Assembly (NCBI RefSeq): GCF_009914755.1
Contig: NC_060948.1
DNA: 64,000 nucleotides
DNA from: the human T2T-CHM13v2.0 reference genome, Homo sapiens
Direction: 5' to 3' (one strand)
Each line of letters opens with the position of its first letter. Position 1 is the stretch's first letter. This document shows, piece by piece, positions 1 through 14,324 of the stretch. The notes under the pieces are model-generated. The model saw nothing but the letters and a program-made list of their open reading frames with translations. It did not search any database and had not been told where the DNA came from. The translations under genes were made by a program, and so were the position numbers.

Positions 1-1668
1 GGATTCGAATGGAAGGCAAAGGAATGGAATCTATTGGAATGGACTGTAATGGAATGGAATGGAAGGGATTGGAATGGACTCGAATGGAATGGACTGCAGT
101 AGAAAGGATTCGAATGGAATGAAAAAGAATTGAATGGAATAGAACAGAATGGAATCAAATCGAATGAAATGGAATGGAATAGAAAGGAATGGAATGAAAT
201 GGAATGGAAAGGATTCGAATGGAATGCAATCGAATGGAATGAAATCGAATGGAATGGAATCGAACGGAATGGAATAAAATGGAAGAAAACTGGCAAGAAA
301 TGGAATCGAAATGAATGGAGTGTTATGGAACGGACTCAAAAGGAATTGAATGTAATAGAATGGAGTGGAGTGGACTCGAATATAATGGACTGGAATGGAA
401 TGAAATCACATGGAATGGGAACGAATGGAATGGAATGGAAAGGAATGGAATGGAAAGGAATGGAATCGAATGGAAAGGAATCGAATGGAAGGGAATGAAA
501 TTGAATCAACAGGAATGGAAGGAAGTAGAATAGACGGTAATGGAATGGACTCGAATAGAATGGACACGAATGCTCAAATTGAATGGACTCGAATGGAATG
601 GAAACGAAAGGAATGTCGTCGAATGGAATTGAATCGATTGGAATGAAATCGCATAGAATGGAGTGGAATCAAATGGAATTGAATCGAAAGGAAAGGAAGC
701 GAATGGTCTGTAATGAAATGGAATGGAATTGAATGGAAAGTAATGCAAGGGAATAGAATGGAACGAAATTTCACGGAATGGAATCAAACTGAATGGAATC
801 AAATCAATGGAATATAATCAAATGGCATGGAAAGGAATTGAATGGAGTAGATTGGATTGGATGGGATTGGAATGAAATGTACTGGAAAGGACTCGAATTT
901 CATGAAATGGAATGGAATGAACTGGAACGGAATGGACTCGAATGGAATGGAATGTCATGGAATGGCATCAAATGGAATGGCATCAAATGGAATGGAATCG
1001 AATGCAATGGAATGCTATGGAATGGAATGGAATGCATTGGAATGGAATGTCCCCTAATGGAATGGATTCGAGTGGAATGGAATCGAATATAATGGAGTCG
1101 AATGAAATGGAATTGAAAGGAAAGGGATCGAATACAATGGAATATACTGGAATGTAATGTAATGAACTCGAATGTAATTGACTAGAATGGAATGTACATG
1201 AATGGAATGTAATCGAATGGAAAATAATCTCATGGAATAGAATCTAATGCAATAAAATCGACTCAAATAGAATAGAATGGAATGGAGTGGAGTGCAGTGC
1301 AATGGAATGGAATGGAATGGAATGCAATGGAATGGAATGGAATGGGATGGAATGGTATGGGATGGATAGAAATGGACTGGAGTGAAATGGACTGGAAAGT
1401 AATGGACTCAAATTGAAAGAGCTCGAAAGAATGGAGTCAAATGGAATGGTCTGGAATGGAATGAACACGAATGTAATGCAATCCAATAGAATGGAATCGA
1501 ATGGCATGGAATATAAAGAAATGGAATCGAAGAGAATGGAAACGAATGGAATGGAATTGAATGGAATGGAATTGAATGGAATGGGAACGAATGGAGTGAA
1601 ATTGTATGCAGTAGAAGAGAATAGAATGGAATGCAAGCGAAATTAAAGGAATGGATTGGAATGGAATG

Positions 1669-1674
1669 GAATTC
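1669..1674. other. Conserved EcoRI site (GAATTC), once per unit
   Basis: GGAATTCATTGG recurs ~38 bp upstream of the StuI site in every unit. Confidence 0.85.
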
Positions 1675-1706
1675 ATTGGAATGGAAGGTAATGTATTGCA
1701 ATGGAC

Positions 1707-1712
1707 AGGCCT
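1707..1712. other. Conserved StuI/HaeIII site (AGGCCT), once per unit
   Basis: GGACAGGCCT is seen once in each of the 18 units. It is consistent with the classical male-specific ~3.4 kb HaeIII band. Confidence 0.85.
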
Positions 1713-4700
1713 TTAATAAAGTGGAATGCTACGGTCTCGAATGGAATAAAAATGTATGGAATGGAATTCAATGAAACGGAATCGAATGTCATAGAATGTA
1801 ATGGAATGCAAAAAAATGGAATCCAAAATCATTGACTGGAAAGGCTGGGTGTCGAAAGGAATTGACTCCAATGGAATGAAATCGAATGGAATGGAAGTGA
1901 ATAGAATCGAAGTAAATCGAATGGAATGGAATTGTTAGGAACGGAATGGAAAGGAGTGCAATGATTTGGCATGGAATGGAATCGAATGGCATTGAATGGA
2001 GTGGAATGGAATGCAATGGAATGGAATGTATTAGAATGTAATGAACATTAATGGAATGTACTCGAATGGAATCGACTGGAATGGAATGTTCTGGAAGTGA
2101 ATGGACTCCAATGGAATGGATTCGAAAGGAATGGAATCTAATGGAATGGAATTAAATGGAAACGAATCAAATTGAATAGCACGGAATTGAATTGAATGGA
2201 ATCGAATGCAATGGAATCTAATGAAATGGAAAGGAAAGGAATGGAATGGAATGGAATGGGCTGGAGTTGAATGGAATCGATACGAATGGAATGGAATAGA
2301 ACTGAAGAGACTGGAATGGAATTCACTGGAATGGAAGGGAGTGTAATGGAAGGATCTCGAAAAAAATGGAATCGAATGGAATGGAATTGAATGGAACGGA
2401 ATAGAGTCGAATGGAATTCAATGGAATTGAATGGACTAGAGTGAAATGGAATCGAACCACAAGGAATGGACAGGAATAGAATGGTCTCGAATTGAATGGA
2501 ATCGTATGGAATGACATCAAACGGAATGGAATGGACAGCCACGGAATGGAATGCACTCGAATGCAATGGAGTCGAAACTAATGGACTGGAATAGAATGGA
2601 CTCGACTGGTACGGACTCCAATGGAATGGAATCGAAAGGAAGGGAATCGAACGGAATGGACTCGAAGGGAAAAGACTGCAATGGAAAGGTCTCGAATGGA
2701 ATGGAAATTAATGGAATGGAATGGAATCGAATGAAATGGAGTCAAAAGGAATGGAATCGAATGGCAAGAAATCGAATGTAATGGAATCGCAAGGAATTGA
2801 TGTGAACGGAACGGAATGGAATGGAATCCAAAGGAATGGAATAGAATGGAATGGAATCGAATGGAAAGGACTCGAATGGAAATCACTCGAATAGAATGCA
2901 ATTTAATAAAATAGGATCAAATGGAATGGAATGGAATGGAAAGGAATCGAAACGAAAGGAATGGAGACAGATGGAATGGAATGGAACAGAGAGCAATGGT
3001 ATAGAATGGAATGGAATCATCTGGAATGGAATTGAATGGAATGGAATAACATGAAATGGAATGGAATGGAATGGAATGCCCTTGAATTAAATGGACTGGA
3101 ATGGAATGGACTCGAACAGAGTGTAATGGAAAGTGTTGAAATAGAATGGAATGGACTCCTTTGGAATGGTCTAGTATGCAATGCAATCGACTGGCAGGGA
3201 ATCAAAAGGAATGTAATCGAATGGATTGGACTGGAATGCAATGGACTCGAATAGACTGGAAACGGAATGCAAAGGAATGGAATGGAATAGTATGGAATGG
3301 AATGGAAAGGAATGGAGTGGAATAGACTAGAGTGGAATGGAATGGACTGGAAAGCAATGGACTGGAATGGAACATTCTTGAATGGACTGGAATCAAACGG
3401 AATGGAATGCAATGCAATCAAATGGCATGGAATCAAATGGAATGAAAGGGAATCAAATGGAATTGAATCGAATGGAATCGAATGGATTGGAAAGGAATAG
3501 AATGGAATGGAATGGAATTGACTCAAATGGAATGGACTAGAATGGAATGGATTCGAATGGAAGGCAAAGGAATGGAATCTATTGGAATGGACTGTAATGG
3601 AATGGAATGGAAGGGATTGGAATGGACTCGAATGGAATGGACTGCAATAGAAAGGATTCGAATGGAATGAAAAAGAATTGAATGGAATAGAACAGAATGG
3701 AATCAAATCGAATGAAATGGAATGGAATAGAAAGGAATGGAATGAAATGGAATGGAAAGGATTCGAATGGAATGCAATCGAATGGAATGGAATCGAACGG
3801 AATGGAATAAAATGGAAGAAAACTGGCAAGAAATGGAATCGAAATGAATGGAGTGTTATGGAACGGACTCAAAAGGAATTGAATGTAATAGAATGGAGTG
3901 GAGTGGACTCGAATATAATGGACTGGAATGGAATGAAATCACATGGAATGGGAACGAATGGAATGGAATGGAAAGGAATGGAATCGAATGGAAAGGAATC
4001 GAATGGAAGGGAATGAAATTGAATCAACAGGAATGGAAGGGAATAGAATAGACGGTAATGGAATGGACTCGAATAGAATGGACACGAATGCTCAAATTGA
4101 ATGGACTCGAATGGAATGGAAACGAAAGGAATGTCATCGAATGGAATTGAATCGATTGGAATGAAATCGCATAGAATGGAGTGGAATCAAATGGAATTGA
4201 ATCGAAAGGAAAGGAAGCGAATGGACTGAAATGAAATGGAATGGAATTGAATGGAAAGTAATGCAATGGAATAGAATGGAACGAAATTTCACGGAATGGA
4301 ATGAAACTGAATGGAATCAAATCAATGGAATCTAATCAAGTGGAAAGGAAAGGAATTGAATGGAGTAGATTGGATTGGATGGGATTGGAATGAAATGTAC
4401 TGGAAAGGACTCGAGTTTCATGAAACGGAATGGAATGAATTGGAACGGAATGGACTCGAATGGAATGGAATGTCATGGAATGGCATCAAATGGAATGGCA
4501 TCAAATGGAATGGAATCGAATGCAATGGAATGCTATGGAATGGAATGGAATGCATTGGAATGGAATGTCCTCTAATGGAATAGATTCGAGTGGAATGGAA
4601 TCGAATATAATGGAGTCGAATGAAATGGAATTGAAAGGAATGGGATCGAATACAATGGAATATACTTGAATGTAATGTAATGAACTCGAATGTAATTGAC

Positions 4701-5621
4701 TGGAATGGAATGTACATGAATGGAATGTAATCGAATGGAAAGTAATCCAATGGAATAGAATCTAATGCAATAAAATCGACTCAGATAGAGTAGAATGTAA
4801 TGGAATTGAGTGCAGTGCAATGGAATGGAATGGAATGGAATGCAATGGAATGGAATGGAATGGAAAGGAATGGAATGGAATGGGATGGAATGGTATGGAA
4901 TGGATAGTAATGGACTGGAGTGAAATGGACTGGAAATGAATGGACTCAAATTGAAAGGGCTCGAAAGGAATGGAGTCAAAAGGAATGGTCTGGAATGGAA
5001 TGAACACGAATGTAATGCAATCCAATAGAATGGAATCGAATGGCATGGAATATAAAGAAATGGAATCGAAGAGAATGGAAACAAATGGAATGGAATTGAA
5101 TGGAATGGAATTGAATGGAATGGGAACGAATGGAGTGAAATTGTATGCAGTAGAAGAGAATAGAATGGAATGCAAGCGAAAGGAAAGTAATGGATTGGAA
5201 TGGAATGGAATTCATTGGAATGGAAGGGAATGTAGTGTAATGGACAGGCCTGGAATAAAGTGGAATGCTACGGTCTCAAATGGAATAAAAATGTATGGAA
5301 TGGAATGCAATGAAACGGAATCGAATGTCATAGAATGTAATGGAATGCAAAAAAATGGAATCCAAAATCATTGACTGGAAAGGCTGGGTGTCGAAAGGAA
5401 TTGACTCCAATGGAATGGAATCGAATGGAATGGAAGTGAATAGAATGGAACTAAATCGAATGGAATGGAATTGATAGGAACGGAATGGAAAGGAATGCAA
5501 TGATTTGGCATGGAATGGAATCGAATGGCATCGAATGGAATGGAATGGAATGCAATGGAATGGAATGTATTAGAATTTAATGAACTTTAATGGAATGTAC
5601 TCGAATGGATTCGACTGGAAT

Positions 5622-5636
5622 GGAATGTTCTGGAAG
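5622..5636. promoter_or_regulatory. Perfect tripartite heat-shock element, site 1 (representative copy, unit 2)
   Basis: GGAAT-GTTCT-GGAAG = nGAAn nTTCn nGAAn; present in every unit. Motif match only, binding not shown. Confidence 0.6.
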
Positions 5637-5901
5637 TGAATGGACTCCAATGGAATGGATTCAAAAGGAATGGAGTCGTACGGAATGGAATCTAATGGAA
5701 TGGAATTAAATGGAAATGAATCAAATTGAATAGAACGGAATTGATTTGAATGGAATCGAATGCAATGGAATCTAATGAAACGGAAAGGAAAGGAATGGAA
5801 TGGAATGGAATGGGCTGGAATGGAAAGGAATCGAAACGAATGGAATGGAATCGAACTGAAGAGACTGGAATGGAATGCACTGGAATGGAAGGGAGTGTAA
5901 T

Positions 5902-5916
5902 GGAAGGTTCTCGAAA
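5902..5916. promoter_or_regulatory. Perfect tripartite heat-shock element, site 2 (representative copy, unit 2)
   Basis: GGAAG-GTTCT-CGAAA; intact in units 2-18, broken in unit 1 (GATCT at ~2353). Confidence 0.6.
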
Positions 5917-6922
5917 AAAATGGAATCGAATGGAATGGAATTGAGTGGAACGGAATAGAGTCGAATGGAATTGAATGGAATGGAATGGACTAGAGTGAAA
6001 TGGAATCGAACCACAAGGAATGGACAGGAATAGAATGGTCTCGAATTGAATGGAATCGTATGGAATGGCATCAAACGGAATGGAATGGACAGCCACGGAA
6101 TGGAATGCACTCGAATGCAATGGAGTCGAAACTAATGGACTGGAATAGAATGGACTCGACTGGTACGGACTCCAATGGAATGGAATCGAATGGAAGGGAA
6201 TCGAACGGAATGGACTCGAAGGGAAAACACTGCAATGGAAAGGTCTCGAATGGAATGGAAATTAATGGAATGGAACGGAATCGAATGAAATGGAGTCAAA
6301 AGGAATGGAATCGAATGGCAAGAAATCGAATGCAATGGAATCGCAAGGAATTGATGTGAACGGAACGGAATGGAATGGAATCCAAAGGAATGGAATAGAA
6401 TGGAATGGAATCGAATGGAAAGGACTCGAATGGAAATCACTCGAACAGAATGCAATTTAATAAAATAGGATCAAATGTAATGGAATGGAATGGAAAGGAA
6501 TCGAAACGAAAGGTATGGAGACAGATGGAATGGAATGGAACAGAGAGCAAAGGTATAGAATGGAATGGAATCATCTGGAATGGAATTGAATGGAATGGAA
6601 TAATATGAAATGGAATGGAATGGAATGGAATGCCCTTGAATTAAATGGACTGGAATGGAATGGACTCAAACAGAGTGGAATGGAAAGTGTGGATATAGAA
6701 TGGAATGAACTCCTTTGGAATGGTCTAGTAGACAATGCAATCGACAGGCAGGGAATCAAAAGGAATGTAATCGAATGGATTGGACTGGAATGCAATGGAC
6801 TCGAATAGATTGGAAACGGAATGCAAAGGAATGGAATGGAATAGTATGGAATGGTATGGAAAGGAATGGAGTGGAATAGACTAGAGTGGAATGGAATGGA
6901 CTGGAAAGCAATGGACTGGAAT

Positions 6923-6937
6923 GGAACATTCTTGAAT
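6923..6937. promoter_or_regulatory. Perfect tripartite heat-shock element, site 3 (representative copy, unit 2)
   Basis: GGAAC-(A/T)TTCT-TGAAT; both alleles keep nTTCn. Confidence 0.6.
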
Positions 6938-7231
6938 GGACTGGAATCAAACGGAATGGAATGCAATGCAATCAAATGGCATGGAATAAAATAGAATGAA
7001 AGAGAATCAAATGGAATTGAATCGAATGGAATCGAATGGATTGGAAAGGAATAGAATGGAATGGAATGGAATTGACTCAAATGGAATGGACTAGAATGGA
7101 ATGGATTCGAATGGAAGGCAAAGGAATGGAATCTATTGGAATGGACTGTAATGGAATGGAATGGAAGGGATTGGAATGGACTCGAATGGAATGGACTGCA
7201 ATAGAAAGGATTCGAATGGAATGAAAAAGAA

Positions 7232-10200
7232 TTGAATGGAATAGAACAGAATGGAATCAAATCGAATGAAATGGAATGGAATAGAAAGGAATGGAATGAA
7301 ATGGAATGGAAAGGATTCGAATGGAATGCAATCGAATGGAATGGAATCGAACGGAATGGAATAAAATGGAAGAAAACTGGCAAGAAATGGAATCGAAATG
7401 AATGGAGTGTTATGGAACGGACTCAAAAGGAATTGAATGTAATAGAATGGAGTGGAGTGGACTCGAATATAATGGACTGGAATGGAATGAAATCACATGG
7501 AATGGGAACGAATGGAATGGAATGGAAAGGAATGGAATCGAATGCAAAGGAATCGAATGGAAGGGAATGCAATTGAATCAACAGGAATGGAAGGGAATAG
7601 AATAGACGGTAATGGAATGGACTCGAATAGAATGGACACGAATGCTCAAATTGAATGGACTCGAATGGAATGGAAACGAAAGGAATGTCATCGAATGGAA
7701 TTGAATCGATTGGAATGAAATCGCATAGAATGGAGTGGAATCAAATGGAATTGAATCGAAAGGAAAGGAAGCCAATGGACTGAAATGAAATGGAATGGAA
7801 TGGAATGGAAACTAATGCAATGGAATAGAATGGAACGAAATTTCACGGAATGGAATGAAACTGAATGGAATCAAATCAATGGAATCTAATCAAGTGGAAT
7901 GGAAAGGAATTGAATGGAGTAGATTGGATTGGATGGGATTGGAATGAAATGTACTGGAAAAGACTCGAATTTCATGAAACGGAATGGAATGAATTGGAAC
8001 GGAATGGACTCGAATGGAATGGAATGTCATGGAATGGCATCAAATGGAATGGCATCAAATGGAATGGAATCGAATGCAATGGAATGCTATGGAATGGAAT
8101 GGAATGCATTGGAATGGAATGTCCTCTAATGGAATGGATTCGAGTGGAATGGAATCGAATATAATGGAGTCGATTGAAATGGAATTGAAAGGAATGGGAT
8201 CGAATACAATGGAATACACTGGAATGTAATGTAATGAACATGAATGTAATTGACTGGAATGTAATGTACATGAATGGAATGTAATCGAATGGAAAGTAAT
8301 CCAATGGAATAGAATCTAATGCAATAAAATCGACACAGATAGAGTAGAATGTAATGGAATGGAGTGCAGTGCAATGGAATGGAATGGAATGGAATGCAAT
8401 GGAATGGAATGGAATGGAATGGAATGGAATGGAATGGAATGGAATGGTGTGGAATGGATAGTAATGGACTGGAGTGAAATGGACTGGAAATGAATGGACT
8501 CAAATTGAAAGGGCTCGAAAGGAATGGAGTCAAATGGAATGGTCTGGAATGGAATGAACACGAATGTAATGCAATCCAATAGAATGGAATCGAATGGCAT
8601 GGAATATAAAGAAATGGAATCGAAGAGAATGGAAACAAATGGAATGGAATTGAATGGAATGGAATTGAATGGAATGGGAACGAATGGAGTGAAATTGTAT
8701 GCAGTAGAAGAGAATAGAATGGAATGCAAGCGAAAGGAAAGGAATGGATTGGAATGGAATGGAATTCATTGGAATGGAAGGGAATGTAGTGTAATGGACA
8801 GGCCTGGAATAAAGTGGAATGCTACGGTCTCGAATGGAATAAAAATGTATGGAATGGAATGCAATGAAACGGAATCGAATGTCATAGAATGTAATGGAAT
8901 GCAAAAAAATGGACTCCAAAATCATTGACTGGAAAGGCTGGATGTCGAAAGGAATTGACTCCAATGGAATGGAATCGAATGGAATGGAAGTGAATAGAAT
9001 CGAACTAAATCGAATGGAATGGAATTGATAGGAACGGAATGGAAAGGAATGCAATGATTTGGCATGGAATGGAAACGAATGGTATCTAATGGAATGGAAT
9101 GTAATGTAATGGAATGGAATGTATTAGAATGTAATGAACTTTAATGGAATGTACTCGAATGGATTCGACTGGAATGGAATGTTCTGGAAGTGAATGGACT
9201 CCAATGGAATGGATTCAAAAGGAATGGAATCGTACGGAATGGAATCTAATGGAATGGAATTAAATGGAAATGAATCAAATTGAATAGCACGGAATTGAAT
9301 TGAATGGAATGGAATGCAATGGAATCTAATGAAACGGAAAGGAAAGGAATGGAATGGAATGGAATGGGCTGGAATGGAAAGGAATCGAAACGAATGGAAT
9401 GGAATCGAACTGAAGAGACTGGAATGGAATGCACTGGAATGGAAGGGAGTGTAATGGAAGGTTCTCGAAAAAAATGGAATCGAATGGAATGGAATTGAAT
9501 GGAACGGAATAGAGTCGAATGGAATTGAATGGAATGGAATGGACTAGAGTGAAATGGAATCGAACCACAAGGAATGGACAGGAATAGAATGGTCTCGAAT
9601 TGAATGGAATCGTATGGAATGGCATCAAACGGAATGGAATGGACAGCCACGGAATGGAATGCACTCGAATGCAATGGAGTCGAAACTAATGGACTGGAAT
9701 AGAATGGACTCGACTGGTACGGACTCCAATGGAATGGAATCGAATGGAAGGGAATCGAACGGAATGGACTCGAAGGGAAAAAACTGCAATGGAAAGGTCT
9801 CGAATGGAATGGAAATTAATGGAATGGAATGGAATCGAATGAAATGGAGTCAAAAGGAATGGAATCGAATGGCAAGAAATCGAATGTAATGGAATCGCAA
9901 GGAATTGATGTGAACGGAACGGAATGGAATGGAATCCAAAGGAATGGAATAGAATGGAATGGAATCGAATGGAAAGGACTCGAATGGAAATCACTCGAAT
10001 AGAATGCAATTTAATAAAATAGGATCAAATGGAATGGAATGGAATGGAAAGGAATCGAAACGAAAGGAATGGAGACAGATGGAATGGAATGGAACAGAGA
10101 GCAATGGTATAGAATGGAATGGAATCATCTGGAATGGAATTGAATGGAATGGAATAATATGAAATGGAATGGAATGGAATGGAATGGAATACCCTTGAAT

Positions 10201-10790
10201 TAAATGGACTGGAATGGAATGGACTCGAACAGAGTGGAATGGAAAGTGTTGAGATAGAATGGAATGGACTCCTTCGGAATGGTGTAGTATGCAATGCAAT
10301 CGACTGGCAGGGAATCAAAAGGAATGTAATGGAATGGATTGGACTGGAATGCAATGGACTCGAATAGATTGGAAACGGAATGCAAAGGAATGGAATGGAA
10401 TAGTATGGAATGGAATGGAAAGGAATGGAGTGGAATAGACTAGAGTGGAATATAATGGACTGGAAAGCAATGGACTGGAATGGAACTTTCTTGAATGGAC
10501 TGGAATCAAACGGAATGGAATGCAATGCAATCAAATGGCATAGAATAAGATAGAATGAAAGAGAATCAAATGGAATTGAATGGAATGGAATCGAATGGAT
10601 TGGAAAGGAATAGAATGGAATGGAATGGAATTGACTCAAATGGAATGGACTAGAATGGAATGGATTCGAATGGAAGGCAAAGGAATGGAATCTATTGGAA
10701 TGGACTGTAATGGAATGCAATGGAAGGGATTGGAATGGACTCGAATGGAATGGACTGCAATAGAAAGGATACGAATGGAATGAAAAAGAA
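7232..10790 (+). repeat. Unit 3 (3559 bp)
   Basis: Landmark spacing 7232 to 10791; markers GGGAATGCAATTG, AAGCCAATGG. Confidence 0.9.
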
Positions 10791-13700
10791 TTGAATGGAA
10801 TAGAACAGAATGGAAACAAATCGAATGAAATGGAATGGAATAGAAAGGAATGGAATGAAATGGAATGGAAAGGATTCGAATGGAATGCAAACGAATGGAA
10901 TGGAATCGAACGGAATGGAATAAAATGGAAGAAAACTGGCAAGAAATGGAATCGAAATGAATGGAGTGTTATGGAACGGACTCAAAAGGAATTGAATGTA
11001 ATAGAATGGAGTGGAGTGGACTCGAATATAATGGACTTGAATGGAATGAAATCACATGGAATGGGAACGAATGGAATGGAATGGAAAGGAATGGAATCGA
11101 ATGGAAAGGAATCGAATGGAAGGGAATGAAATTGAACCAACAGGAATGGAAGGGAATAGAATAGACCGTAATGGAATGGACTCGAATAGAATGGACACGA
11201 ATGCTCAAATTGAATGGGCTCGAATGGAATGGAAAAGAAAGGAATGTCATCGAATGGAATTGAATCGATTGGAATGAAATCGCATAGAATGGAGTGGAAT
11301 CAAATGGAATTGAATCGAAAGGAAAGGAAGCGAATGGACTGAAATGAAATGGAATGGAATTGAATGGAAAGTAATGCAATGGAATAGAATGGAACGAAAT
11401 TTCACGGAATGGAATCAAACTGAATGGAATCAAATCAATGGAATCTGATCAAATGGAATGGAAAGGAATTGAATGGAGTAGATTGGATTGGATGGGATTG
11501 GAATGAAATGTACTGGAAAGGACTCGAATTTCATGAAACGGAATGGAATGAATTGGAACGGAATGGACTCGAATGGAATGGAATGTCATGGAATGGCATC
11601 AAATGGAATGGCATCAAATGGAATGGAATCGAATGCAATGGAATGCTATGGAATGGAATGGAATGCATTGGAATGGAATGTCCTCTAATGGAATGGATTC
11701 GAGTGGAATGGAATCGAATATAATGGAGTCGAATGAAATGGAATTGAAAAGAATGGGATCGAATACAATGGAATATACTGGAATGTAATGTAATGAACTC
11801 GAATGTAATTGACTGGAATGGAATGTATATGAATGGAATGTAATCGAATGGAAAGTAATCCAATGGAATAGAATCTAATGCAATAAAATCGACTCAGATA
11901 GAGTAGAATGTAATGGAATGGAGTGCAGTGCAATGGAATGGAATGGAATGGAATGCAATGGAATGGAATGGAATGGGATGGATTGGTATGGAATGGATAG
12001 TAATGGACTGGAGTGAAATGGACTGGAAAGGAATGGACTCAAATTGAAAGGGCTCGAAAGGAATGGAGACAAATGGAATGGTGTGGAATGGAATGAACAC
12101 GAATGTAATGCAATCCAATAGAATAGAGTCGAATGGCATGGAATATAAAGAAATGGAATCGAAGAGAATAGAAACAAATGGAATGGAATTGAATGGAATG
12201 GAATTGAGTGGAATGGGAACGAATGGAGTGAAATTGTATGCAGTAGAAGAGAATAGAATGGAATGCAAGCGAAAGGAAAGGAATGGATTGGAATGGAATG
12301 GAATTCATTGGAATGGAAGGGAATGTAGTGTAATGGACAGGCCTGGAATAAAGTGGAATGCTACGGTCTCGAGTGGAATAAAAATGTATGGATTGGAATG
12401 CAATGAAACGGAATCGAATGTCATAGAATGTAATGGAATGCAAAAAAATGGAATCCGAAATCATTGACTGGAAAGGCTGGGTGTCGAAAGGAATTGACTC
12501 CAATGGAATGGAATCGAATGGAATGGAAGTGAATAGAATCGAACTAAATCGAATGGAATGGAATTGATAGGAACGGAATGGAAAGGAATGCAATGATTTG
12601 GCATGGAATGGAATCGAATGGCATCGAATGGAATGGAATGGAATGCAATGGAATGGAATGTATTAGAATGTAATGAACTTTAATGGAATGTACTCGAAAG
12701 GATTTGACTGGAATGGAATGTTCTGGAAGTGAATGGACTCCAATGGAATGGATTCGAAAGGAATGGAATCGTACGGAATGGAATCTAATGGAATGGAATT
12801 AAATGGAAATGAATCAAATTGAATAGCACGGAATTGAATTGAATGGAATGGAATGCAATGGAATCTAATGAAACGGAAAGGAAAGGAATGCAATGGAATG
12901 GAATGGGCTGGAATGGAAAGGAATCGAAACGAATGGAATGGAATCGAACTGAAGAGACTGGAATGGAATGCACTGGAATGGAAGGGAGTGTAATGGAAGG
13001 TTCTCGAAAAAAATGGAATCGAATGGAATGGAATTGAGTGGAACGGAATAGAGTCGAATGCAATTGAATGGAATGGAATGGACTAGAGTGAAATGGAATC
13101 GAACCACAAGGAATGGACAGGAATAGAATGGTCTCGAATTGAATGGAATCGTATGGAATGGCATCAAACGGAATGGCATGGACAGCCACGGAATGGAATG
13201 CACTCGAATGCAATGGAGTCGAAACTAATGGACTGGAATAGAATGGACTCGACTGGTAAGGACTCCAAAGGAATGGAATCGAATGGAAGGGAAACGAACG
13301 GAATGGACTCGAAGGGAAAAGACTGCAATGGAAAGGTCTCGAATGGAATGGAAATTAATGGAATGGAATGGAATCGAATGAAATGGAGGCAAAAGGAATG
13401 GAATCGAATGGCAAGAAATCGAATGTAATGGAATCGCAAGGAATTGATGTGAACGGAACGGAATGGAATGGAATCCAAAGGAATGGAATAGAATGGAATG
13501 GAATCGAAAGGAAAGGACTCGAATGGAAATCACTCGAATAGAATGAAATTTAATAAAATAGGATCAAATGTAATGGAATGGAATGGAAAGGAATCGAAAC
13601 GAAAGGAATGGAGACAGATGGAATGGAATGGAACAGAGAGCAATGGTATAGAATGGAATGGAATCATCTGGAATGGAATTGAATGGAATGGAATAATATG

Positions 13701-14324
13701 AAATGGAATGGAATGGAATGGAATGCCCTTGAATTAAATGGACTGGAATGGAATGGACTCAAACAGAGTGGAATGGAAAGTGTTGAAATAGAATGGAATG
13801 GACTCGTTTGGAATGGTCTAGTATGCAATGCAATCGACTGGCAGGGAATCAAGAGGAATGTAATCGAATGGATTGGACTGGAATGCAATGGACTCGAATA
13901 GATTGGAAACGGAATTCAAAGGAATGGAATGGAATAGTATGGAATGGAATGGAAAGGAATGGAGTGGAATAGACTAGAGTGGAATGGAATGGACTCGAAA
14001 GCAATGGACTGGAATGGAACTTTCTTGAATGGACTGGAATCAAACGGAATGGAATGCAATGCAATCAAGTGGCATGGAATAAAATAGAATGAAAGAGAAT
14101 CAAATGGAATTGAATCGAATGGAATCGAATGGATTGGAAAGGAATAGAATGGAATGGAATGGAATTGACTCAAATGGAATGGACTAGAATGGAATGGATT
14201 CGAATGGAAGGCAAAGGAATGGAATCTATTGGAATGGACTGTAATGGAATGGAATGGAAGGGATTGGAATGGACTCGAATGGAATGGACTGCAATAGAAA
14301 AGATTCGAATGGAATGAAAAAGAA
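10791..14324 (+). repeat. Unit 4 (3534 bp)
   Basis: Landmark spacing 10791 to 14325; markers GGAGACAAAT, GTCGAATGCAATTG. Confidence 0.9.

Larger units (their letters stand above)
130..3677 (+). repeat. Unit 1 (3548 bp), divergent variant
   Basis: Boundaries set arbitrarily at the recurring TTGAATGGAATAGAACAG landmark (ORF-track 'MNGIEQ' starts). Many rare variants: two +15 bp insertions, GAGCTCGAAAGA 1-bp deletion (~1419-1430), CTTTAATAAA, extra EcoRI sites. Confidence 0.9.
3678..7231 (+). repeat. Unit 2 (3554 bp)
   Basis: Landmark spacing 3678 to 7232; markers GGAGTCGTAC, GTGGATATAG, AGACAATGC. Confidence 0.9.

Noticed and set aside
4282-4296. Additional HSE-like sites CGAAATTTCACGGAA and GAATTTCATGAA
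   Set aside because: Only two correctly spaced pentamers are present and the third is out of register, so they were not counted as perfect HSEs.
4328-4338. DUX4-like motif GAATCTAATCA
   Set aside because: It mismatches the TAAYYYAATCA consensus at the first base and is variable among units (AATATAATCA, AATCAAATCA, TCTGATCA).
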